NCBI GenBank assembly: GCA_002633005.1
Contig: NMRA01000055.1
Location: 576,360 to 640,359, forward strand
Source of the DNA: Phoronis australis
Taxonomy: Eukaryota; Animalia; Phoronida
Length of the DNA: 64,000 bases
Direction: 5' to 3'
Shown here: positions 50,401 through 62,400 of the stretch, one piece after another
How positions within the stretch are numbered: position 1 is the stretch's first letter
Layout: each line of letters opens with the position of its first letter
Made by a program: the position numbers and the translations under genes
The notes under the pieces: model-generated
What the model was told of the DNA's origin: nothing
What the model saw: the letters and a program-made list of their open reading frames with translations, nothing else
Database searches by the model: none

Positions 50401-53400
50401 GTTTCGAACTCGTGCTGCATCTTCTTGATCTACAGCAATACGAGTAAGTTCAAGAGCCTGCACAGACAGACTTTCCATGACTTTGGTTAGGTACTTAGCA
50501 CCCTCATTAAATTTAGAGCATGCCGCAGCTACCGCGCACTCAAGCTTGCGTTTTCCAACGAACACGGTTTTTGGACAGCGAACCCAAATTAGATTATTCA
50601 GCGCCTCATTGCTGTTCTGAGTTTTACCATGCTGCAGCCTCTTCAACAAGTTGGGGTCTGTCAGTCGCTTATACAGAGGACAAATTTTAATTACTACTTC
50701 AACCGAAAGAGGATGCCCGACTGCCTGTTCATGGGGTGGTGGATCAGTCCCCTCAGCTTGAGCACGACGGTAGAAGCACCAACTGTCTGATCCAGGCGGG
50801 CAGTGGTGGTGACGCGGGTCCCTGTCTGTAGACATACAATGGAAAAGTGATGCGTAAATTCTGTTCTTCATTGTCTCAATGTCGTTCAAGTTGGAAAGCA
50901 CAGCCTGGCGATAATAATTTTGTAGTACGACACACTTTTGTTTAGTCAGCTTTCCTCGGCCTCGGCCACCGAGCTTACACTCCTTTGACAATTTCAACAG
51001 ATTTGTGCCAACACGTTTACTGCAATGATTGAGACACTCCATTTTCTCAATTTCAGTTTCGCCATAGACCTTAGCATCACACACAGCTTTATATGCTGTG
51101 GAGTCCCCATCAGATATAACTTTAGTATACCGCAGATTATACTTGTCAACACTGCGCGACCAAATCTTGAGTGCAGCAGCAGTCTCCATGGACTTGCTAG
51201 ATCCAGCGTGGTTTTTAACACAGTTTTGGCGATGGTTCTCCATCCACTCAGCAGTGTTGTAGCTGCCATTTTCTGCCAAAACACATGCGTGGCAGTACGA
51301 CGACAATACTTCATAGTCCAACACATAACCTGTGAAAACTTCAATTACGGTACCAACTCCGTAATGCGATGAGAACCCGCGTTTATGCCAAGTCCCATCA
51401 AACGACACGGCTATGTCAATTGTGTCATTGGGATCCAAGGTAGGGTCTAAATCTAAGTGTGCTTGGCGGACTATTGCTGCTGCTGCATCCATGTTTTCCT
51501 GTCCGGCTTGAACATAACTTTTCTGTACAGACTTACTGATGCGTTGGAATGTTTTTTCATGCATATTTCTCAATCCAAATATTGACGCAAACTTTGAGAG
51601 TAGTGCATGGCCCTGACCGAGCTCATGGGCCAAAAGTGTCATCAACTGGTTTACTTCAAACCGTACATTTCCTTTGTCTGATTTTGACAACCGAGCACTT
51701 GAATAACCAGACACTCGAAAGTTACAGTCGACTTTAGTGCACGTCAAGGTTATTTCTTGAGAGAAGCCAGCGTATTTCTCGGTTTTACTGAATGCCAAAG
51801 TTCCTTCTGTGCACCCGGGACATGACAAATTACTCACCATTTTGTTCAGTTGGAAAATGTCAAGCAAACACCAGTCACTGTGATCAAATTCATCGTCACT
51901 CAACTGATCATTGTCGCGGCGATACACATAAAAATTAGTCAGTTTCTTCCTCGAAGCGGAGTGTGTAACAGTAGCCTCACTATCAGACATATTGTCACTT
52001 GAACTGTCTACCGACAATGTCCATTCAGTATTACCATCGTCACTGGTCGAATCGTCACATTCGATAACCTGAGCCTGTTGAGTGTTAACTTTGGCCTCTC
52101 GGGCTTTCGAAAGCTGTTGTTTACGTCTTTTCTTCGCTGACCCAAAGGGACGCTGCACAGCTTGTTTCGTTTTCCCCATGTTTTATCTGTTGTTGAATAG
52201 AGCTTTGTCAGTACAAGTATATCAGCAATTGGCAGTAGCAAGTTGAGAACTGACTTTATTATACACATGTAGTGTTTATATGCTGCTTGCAAGTGTGTGG
52301 GTTGCAAGCACTGAACTTCATGATTCAAAGTTCTACAGGAAATAACAATAAACAACTCTAAGAACTTTTACAACACTCAGAAGAAATCCATCAGTGTGTT
52401 TTCCATATACGGTGATGGTCAGCTGTCTCAGGCAACTGTTCCATGAATGAACGTTTACGTAACTTAGTTTACTACAGAGTTCATCAAAACATGTGTGGAT
52501 TCACTGACTCAACTGACTGAAAGCCAAAACAAGATGCCTTAACGTCAAGAATCTGGTGAATAACGATGATATCAATATTAAAATCAACCTACTTCAATAT
52601 TAGACATCCTGTTTTCCATTTTCTGTGCGTGTCCCATCGAAGAAACGTAATAAAACGCAATAAAATTCCGATCAAAACAGAAAACGCTGATGTAATCGAG
52701 ACGTAGTAATGGCAGTCATCGTAGGTGGTTGCTAACCGGTTGCTAACGACGGATATAAACGGAGCTGGTCACGTGTTTCAGTTGACCAATCAGGGTGCGT
52801 CTTGTCCTCATTATCTTCCGTAACTGTTCGGCAACCAATAAGAACGCAGAAAGTAGGTTCTAAAAATACTTTTCTCAGTCGAACATATACGAGAATAGCC
52901 TTATATGGATCACATCAGCTGATAGATGACACAATTCTCTTCAAAACAACATATGGCTCGTCTTGATCGGCCGAGGCGTTGGGTCTGAACTGCTACGTAA
53001 TTTTTAGTAATTTTTAGGGACTTATCGATGAAATGTCACTGAAATAAAGCGAGGTGCATGACAATAAACGAGTATTGTTCTGTTTTCCACATGATTTGGG
53101 GTATCTGGCACAATAAAATCCTGTAAAGAATACATTGAAGTGATGAAAAACGATGAAATCTCAAAATGTCGAAATTTTGCCGAAAACGTTATTTTGGACT
53201 GCCGTGTCTGACCTTAAAATCCGGCAAAAATATTTATTAAAAACATTTATCCTTTTGAGCCTTAATGGGCGCATCTCATCATCAGGTGTGAAGTGAAGTG
53301 GTGCAAAAAGCCTTTTGTAAGATATTTACGTTTGTTAGCTCAGGGAGCCTCATGTCCACGCGTTTATTCATAGCTGTTTGTAGGCTGAATGAGATTTGCA

Positions 53401-56400
53401 TATCACATGACTCACATTTGCATATGTACTGGTGTGTGTGCTGACTTGTTTTCTACACACTTGGGTGGGCAGTGTACATTTGGCTTTAGAGAGGATGAGA
53501 GCTGCAATAGTGTGAGGTTTTTCTATGTAATTTAGTTTCTATTTTTGTAGAATCGAAACAGGGAAGACTTGTAAGAATATAACTGTGAAATGTTTCGAGT
53601 ATCTTAATAAAGCATTATTAAAGCCAACTCCTCTCGACTTGCCGACACTCACACCTTTCTTACACCAACCTGTTCAGAACTACAAAGGGGAGGGTCGAGA
53701 GAAAATGAAATAGGGAGAGAAAAATGTTAATGAGAAAAGGTAGTCGTGGCTCATGTGGCCCGTGTCTTTATTAAGAGTGACACTACTGTTAGTGTTAAAA
53801 AACAAAATCGTTGACATTTCGTTGGACCTCCTGGTGTGGGTGTTGTCGTGATTCCCCATATGTACACAAGCCATGAGGTCATCACTGATGCGGCCATGTG
53901 ACATGAAATGTTCTGCCACCGGAAGCGAGGCACCATCATTGCTAGTTTTATGGTGTAAAAAGGGAAGGCCAGTCTCTCCTCTGTAGCGGGCATGAAGGCA
54001 GAGATTGCAAGGAATAAGGTGTATTATGCCAGATGACCTGTACATAAATTTACATTATTCAGATGAGAAGTGATTCCTGAGTTGACAAAGAACTGACAAT
54101 TCGTTGAGAACTTTCTCTGCGCATAAAATGACATGCAATGACAAGCAAATTTGTAGATCCTGATCTAAAGCAATAATGACTCGTCAGTTCTTTCGAAAGC
54201 CTGACATTACCTGCAAATTGACGAAGGAACAATTTGAGATAATTTCATGAAGCCAAGTAGTCGAAACCAAAAGTTGGTATATGTGACAACAGAGGGCGTT
54301 ACAGCCGTTTACAGTTTAAAGTTAAATCAACATCAACTACTTTTTAACGGACAAGTCGTGTTTCACTCATTTAATTGTAAAAACATGACTCTTTGGTGTA
54401 ACTAAATCACAGGTGTTTCACAAGTAGGCGCATGGTGTCACAAGTAGGCGCATGGTGTCAACTCTGGATATAGACACTGCCTCACACATAAATAGTACGT
54501 ACATGAACACATGAACTGGATGCGTCAAAAATAATCAGGCAAAATGATAACGAATTACCCATCATTACGACTGAATACAGCCAGAAGTCGCCGTGACGAC
54601 CACTGAGTGCAACCATATATCATCACCAGATTGGCTGGAATAGGAGAATGGAATTGCATCTGATTATTTTAGGCGCGTAATTTAATGAAGAACTCACCAC
54701 AAACAAACTATCTGCTGCCTCCATGAACAGCCAACCAGAGTTGTGACCAAATGTTTTCTCACTTGTTCTAAAAAGACAATTGTTTAAATCATGCCTCATT
54801 GACAAATAAAAAACTGGATAATTGTCAACACAGGTTTCAGATTTTGAGAACCAGTTTCCTCCACTGAGTAATGGGAATCAAACTGGTTCTCAAAATCTGG
54901 CACCCCAATAAGTGACTAGTGTCCAAATTGTAAACAATTTGTGTGTGCATCAAAGCACGCAGCAACAACAACACTGTACAACAATTATTGTGATTTTTTT
55001 CATAATTATTTAGCAATATTCATCACCAATAACTGTTCTAAAAATAATAATTCTGTTCTTTAGTGCATTAAGTTTCAGTGCTCATCAGATGACACTTATC
55101 AAATCTGAATTGTTAGAATTTACTTGTATTTCCAGTTAAAAATTCTTCAATTTGGGGCAAAATTAAGAGTAAAATTGGCAATTTTCTATAGTTCATAGGG
55201 TTACAACATCTGTGCGAATAAACTACTTTTGTCAAATGTTGTCTGGTAACAGAGATATACTAATAACAAAACATAATAAAAAGTATCGAATTTCCGGAAT
55301 TTTTAGAGAAAACTGACAGATAAAATTTGCCATAAAGTGTCTCAAACCAAAAAATTTTTGCCATACACACAGTTTGCAGAAGTCATCATGTTCCTGATGC
55401 ATTTTTCTCTCATTAATCATTTAAATCACATATAATAATTCAAGTGATTTTTAAATTCATTTGGGTAATTTATCATGCTAATGAGATCTCAACTGAGCAC
55501 AGTTGACGCATACATTAAATCGGTGTAAAAGTACACTTGACATCCTATCGTGAATTTCAACTGGGTTATGACCTTTGACCCCGACTGCTGACACTTACCT
55601 TAGAGAGTTGACGAGATTGAAGAATGTAACACAGTCATACTGCGTGAGATAACTGAAATAAAAATGACCAAAGGGAAGGTAAAGTCTACTTTTTATCACA
55701 AATTTTATCTGAGTAGCAAACACTGTTTTATACTGCCAAAAGCAAAAGTCAGACAGTGTCAGCAAAATGACTTATAGACAAGTTAATGTACATGTTATTG
55801 CTGCAGGCTGGATACTGGGCCGATTATTTTGATTCATCTGATAAATAAATGTACACTATCAAACAAATTAATTTTTCACCAACTACATCCAAAAATTTAG
55901 TTACTCTCATCTCCGGCAGAACAATCTACTACCATGCTAATCAGTTCACCTAACAGAACAATAATCCACCAGATGGTGTTTCAGGGCCAAGTGTATTATT
56001 TCACAAGTGTCTTCTCCAATAAACCTTTTCATGAAGCGCCCTCTATTGCCGATATGCTTGGTTTGCCCTCACCATTCTTATAAAACCTTTATGTAACTGG
56101 GACACACTTTATTTGATATCAAGAACAAACCTGCAACACCTGTTGTTATTATACAGTAATGGTAGGCAGGTGAAACACGATCTCACCGTGTATTTTCTCA
56201 TCTGCATGGATTCTATTGCTCTGCTTATTTCATCCTTAAGACAACACAATTGACTTAACCCACACTCACCGAAGCACCAATCTTCATCATTAATACAACA
56301 CAATTGACTTAACCCACACTCACCGAAGCACCAATCTTAACGTCTTTAAGTCTGACACCAGTTGCTTCGTCTTCGGTCCAAGTTGGTGCCAGACAGGATC

Positions 56401-59400
56401 GAGTTGAAAGCGTACAGTTCGATCAAAACACTTGGTCAAAGCGTTCTCTGTGGTTATGTCTTCCATATCCAACTGAAAAGGTAGCCATGGACAAATCTCA
56501 CAAAAGAGACTGGAAATTTTCCAGAAGCATTGTACGTAAGTGCCAAAAAGGTCACATTTTTAATGAATTTTCTGAAAAATATAACGTTAAGTAATTGGAG
56601 AAAAGCCCAAAAAGACCAAAAAGCATTATATCTGGGTGTAAGGTGACAAGTGAGAGCAGACTATATTTAATAGATTTCATAGACCAGCTAGTAACCCCGG
56701 TCATCGTGTTTGATCACCGGCCAGCTTGTTATAGCATCGGCCATCATGTTTTGGGTCCAGCCGACTATTATTTTGGGTGACATCATCGCATTTTGAAGTC
56801 CTAACAACACCTTTGATCACTGGTCATCTGGTTTTGCAGTCCAGCCGACAGGTTTTGAAGTCCAGACAAAAGTGGTTCTGAAGTCCGACCAATGGTTGAT
56901 TCCCGCCCTTGCTAACGGAAAGTGCACTAAATGAAAATATTTTTGACGGTAGCTGGGTTCATAGCATGTCTAAATGCCAGACATGTTGGTAAAGTGCCAC
57001 TAAATGGGCCCTTGAACAGGGTACAGATTCCACCCATAGCATCTGCGTATACCACTCACTGAAGGATTACATCGCTTGAGCTCCTTAATACACGCACTGA
57101 TAATGTCCAGTAGCGACATCTGGCAGGTGGACATGGCCGTCGTCATAGGGATATGCAGCTCAACAACCTCGGGCTGAATCAAAGGAGAATTTGTTCTATT
57201 AGTATTTAACAAATAGTTAGAATATGATGACAGTGTAGTAACTGATTATCCTTTGCTATCAACAGCATGTAAATTACCACTGGTGCTTTTCAAGACAGAG
57301 ATTTTCCGGGCCAGCTCCGGATTAGAAATACGATAGGAATACGCATTGTTACATTGGCCTCATTTTAAAAATGTTAGGCTAATTTTAGAAATGACGGAAA
57401 ATAGAACATCCACCAATACTTCTCACGTTTATCCAACTTTCTACTGTTGGAGTTGCAGCAAACAGCAAAGTAATAAAAACTTTGATGGCAATGGATGGAC
57501 GAATACAGTTAATGTGGTCGAGAAAAACTTGAAAAAAGCACAAAGCACACAAATACTGTGAGGAACTCCAATGGCGCAAAAACAAGGCTAGAGAACTGCT
57601 TGACGGCTGCTGCTGCAGCATTGTGGCAAAATACCATGAGATTCAAGTGTCGCTGTAAAATCCAGAACTGGTCTTTTGAAAATTTTAGGAGATGAAACAG
57701 ACTACAGTTAAAATTCTACACTTTGCGACACAATATAGTCCATGTGTGAAATTTCATTTTGGGGAATTTCTCAACAAAAGTATGCAGGAAATTTTACGTA
57801 ACTAGTTTTAATCTTGGTGGTCCATACTGATAGATGTCAACATTACATTAACTATACTTGGTATTGCACAGAACACCATGGCAATGTTACACTAGGCGTA
57901 AATTAAAATCAATTTCTGTCCTCTAGCATTTCCGAAAGTAAAATATCCGTGGGACTCAAAACAACTTATACCTTAAGAGACAAAACTGTTTTTTCTCAAT
58001 TCTAAAATTAAAACAAAATTGAGTGCAACTCAGCAATGAAAAGTGGAAAAAATAAAATATCACGTTGTCTTACCTAACCATTTCTAAGTAGTGACAGTAG
58101 GACAAGGTAAAACAAGCATGCCATTACCTGATGCTTTTCAAGACAGGCCAACACGGAGGCATGGAACCTGGGCCAGAGGAAGAGCTTGCGTACAAACAGG
58201 TTTTTCATCACGCGCTCCACCTGGCAAAAACCTGAAGTGAACGACTGGGGCGAGCCGGAGAAAGCTTTGATGAACCCCGTCTGGAAGAAAAGCAACTCCC
58301 TTTTGTTTCAGTATATCCTGCGACATACATTCTTAGTCTGGTTAAGGACGTCTGGGTGAAAAAATGGGGTCCCTTTTCCAGGCTAAGTCTAGGTTTGATT
58401 GGACACAAATGAATTTTGAATTTATAAGCACTGTCGCCTTTAAACGCATTCGAAGGAAGCTGGTTATTCAAATAAGAATTAAGAAAAAAGTTATTGTTTA
58501 CTGAATCTCCAAGAACTACACCTGCTAAGAGTAATTTTATTTTAGGTATTTTCTTAGACTGACAATTTCCAAGTGATTACATTACCTTGTTCTTCTGTCT
58601 GTACAGTCTTAGTATAAATGCTTCTTGACAAGATTCAACAATTCTGTAAGAAAACAGTATGTTTTAACAACTGGTAAACATGTTTTAATCACTGGAAAAC
58701 ACGACATTTCAACAACTGGAAAACATAACGTTTTAACAGCTGGAACACATACAGCTAGTCCATGATTATGCAATGAAATTTTATTGGCTAAAAGACACTG
58801 GCTGTGTTTGACAACTCCACCAAACACAACAACAAATAACACTGTCTCATAAAGGACTTCATTCAACTGTCAAATATTCAGGCTATTTAGGACCTTACTG
58901 ACAAGTCAGTATTAAGCCAGATATCCACAAAACTCTATAATTTTAATCAACAAATTTAAAGTATACTAGTCATTTTCCGAAAGAAAGGAGAAAACTTGTA
59001 GAATTTGATTTTTGACTTTTTCCCAATCTGACTCATTTCGATCACGGGACCATGTCTTTTTGTAAAATGTCGCGAAAAAGAAAGATATTAAACTGATTAC
59101 GAAACAACGGTGTCAATGACAAGATGAATTTTTATTTCGTATATTAATGTTCCAGGTGAGATCTCAAAAACAATGTCATAATTTTCTAAAATGTAATTTC
59201 TTTTCCGTTTCATGCAACTTAAGTTTTTTTTCATAAAAATTATAAAAGTAGACTTTTTCATAATCCCCCATACACAAGTGCGTTTTGGAGAACAGTGCAT
59301 AACACATAAAAACAGTAAAAGTTTCGTATAAATGTAATCAGCCATTTCTGAAATATGATGTTCCGAAGTTAGCCAAATTTGGATATTTTTCTCGGGTCCT

Positions 59401-62400
59401 ACATAATCTTAAGCCCCTGGAGTCAACAGCCTAGAAAATTCCTTAATAGTGAGATTTCAAACAACCATCCTGATCATAACTAGGACCTGAGACTGTCTGC
59501 ACTATGCATGATACACAGTGCTCTTTCATTTGCAGGATAATGAAGTAAAAATGCAGCACTTGAGAAAAATACACTTGCGCCGATGTGGATAAAAAACTGG
59601 CCAAATAAAATCTGACACAAAATTTGTGTCATTAAAAACTACACTCTTCCTTGAGTATACTAAATTATTTAACGGTGTTGGAAAAAATGGCGTTCTACCG
59701 TTATTCTGCTCCTAAAGTTGTGGAGCGATCTTTAGCGTCAGCTTTCGGTGCCATGAAATATTGCGCCACCTATTGGCCAGTTTCTTTTTTGCCAATTCTT
59801 TAATCAGCTGTTCTTCTTTCACGAGGTTGCGTAGATCTCACAACAAATTATCAGACCTGGTTTCATTTAGTGTCAAGTTTTTAATATTTTAATACCAGCA
59901 AACCGAATTTCAGAATGAATTTTGCTGCTGCCAAGCTATCATCATCTCCCAAGAGATGTCGCAAAGTTTAGGAAATAGCGCATGCGTATAACACGACTGT
60001 ATTGTTTTCAAAATGACAAAATGCTTTTCATTGTTGCAAAAGGCGAAGAATTACACAAGAATATGACATTTATTATATTGTTTTTCACTTAAACGACTGT
60101 AACAGGCAAGGTGAGTGTCGTTTGATTCCCAGATTTTGCATGCACCCCATCCGGTTTTTAGCTCTACATGCTGATACAGGTTTCACGGCGAGTTGACGAG
60201 CAGAATTACCCTGGCTGTGTGCAATATCGGGGTCTATTGAAGCTCAATGCACAGTGGTACCTAGCTGTATTTTGACATGACTAGGCTACTGCTGCCTATG
60301 AACTATACGGCAAAAAATATATTCACATAAAGATGATTATAATTTTTCGTTGTACTTCTCACATTTTTTCTGTATCCAAACTGAGATCCTTGCATAACTG
60401 CGCTTTCAGGATGTCAATAAAACCCAGGATTTATGATCTGTATTTTTCCGTGAAGAACATGACTTGCTTCCTGTTGTTTAAGGTAAAATCTCATCAATTC
60501 CACACAAAAATAATCATAAATTGACCTTTCTAACATTTTTTTCGAATGCTTATCATTTCTCAAAACATTGTCAGATGATAGCCATGACACAGAACTTGAA
60601 TAAGGAAAATCATTTATTTGGAGATATATATCTTTAATGGATGAAAAATGATAAAATAAAATTTCCCTTGTCAGCCATATTGTGTCCTAAATTGTAAGAG
60701 TTTACAGTCCTACAACGCATAACTTAGCAATCACTTTCTTCTCATCACAATCATGGCCAAAAGCTGCTTCAAACAGTCAGTGAACTCACGAGTTGGCTTT
60801 GGTGACAATGACGCCACTGACCAGTGCTGTGGGAAGGCGGTCAGTCAGTAGGTCCACCACCAGTATTCGTGAGGTGACGAATAGGACCCCTCCCTGCAGA
60901 TAAGTGGCTCTTCTGTAAAGGAGATAAGTATTTCTATTCACTTGTTTTAGATTATGGTTTGCAATATGGTTGTCAAATGGAAAGAGGCTAGTTCCATGAC
61001 CAAACACAAGATGGAGTTACAAGATAGTGCTTAGCACCTGTAAGTGCACCCTCAACTAATGAAGTCTGCTGCAAGAAAAACAGCTCCATGGTGACGAAAG
61101 AACATTTCAGTAAAATAAGAATTACAAAGTAAAGTTAAAAAATTATCACTTTTATCTTAACATCATATTTCCAGATTACAAAAATTCAATGAGATGCAAG
61201 TCTGTCAATAACACCATTTACTCTCCATTACGAACGAAGAAATCAACCCAGATATGAAACAAATAAATCTTACCGTTCGTTAACACCAATTTCATTAGTA
61301 ACAGACTTGGGTAGGGGCTTAACACCTTGCTTGTTTAGTTCTTGTATGAAATACTCCTGAGGGAAATAAAAAAAGTTTGACATTTTCATTGTGATTCCAA
61401 AAGTAAACACTGTCAACCAGAAAGAAAAAATTTCAAGGATGCCGTTGTCTACCAAACTTCATCAGTTCAATACGCCACTTATCGAGTGGGGTAAGGGTGT
61501 TAAGCTGCACCAGAGTTAGACTGGAACCATGCGGGTTTCAGGTTCAATTCCACACCAAAACTGATCTCAGAAAATTCATTTTCTTGCTAATAATGTTCCT
61601 TTAAGCATTCTTCTAAGACAAGTCTGTAGTTCCTTGTTTGATTCAAAAGCGAGATTTGAAGCTGTAACCTTTTGATCTAGGTTAAATTTGGAGATTTTGA
61701 CTTTGATTTCAGCCAGTGGCAGACGTGTGTGTGTGTGTGTGTGTGAGTGGGTGAGTGGATGAGTGTGGGTGTAAGTTAAGGCAATAAATTCAGCAGTTCA
61801 TGAGCGTCAGGAGACATGCTCTGTGGTTCAGACACCAAGATGTTCATGTACCATTAATACATTAAGTGTGTTCACCTCTTCTTTGGCACTCGTATTCAAC
61901 ACGAGCACAAGCGTACTCTGATCGCTGTACAGCTTCAGAAAGTTGAGCAGTATCCGATTAATTCCCAACCCTCTGAAAAATAAAAATAAATGATAAATGA
62001 GATTCTTACATAATACCAATAGTTTTACTGCAACATTTTTCAGCACACAAGCTCAAAGTGCATATTTCAAAATATCAGTTTAGTGACCACCCACATGCAT
62101 ATATTTGGAAGTGACAAATATTCACTCAGTCACATTGATACTGTAGCAAATTGAAATGACTGAAGCAAATACACAACATTGTCACAATGTAGGGTTAGTC
62201 CCAGAGGTCGGAGTTCAAAGATGAATACAAGATGTAACACTTTCTATTGCTATCTGAGCTCAGCTAAAATTATTGTGCATTAAATTTTTCGTAACAAAAT
62301 GTTTTGAAAATTTACTTCAATCAAGGTTTTGGTGTCCATTGCCTATGAAACAGAAGAACCTTTTAGGATTGAATCATGCATATTTTTCCCAAATGTAGGA

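Noticed and set aside
50272-52179. Mutator/MULE or piggyBac assignment
   Set aside because: Short TIRs with TTAA rather than a 9-bp duplication argue against MULE; GG termini and CxxH/DDE motifs argue against piggyBac (CC termini, DDD).
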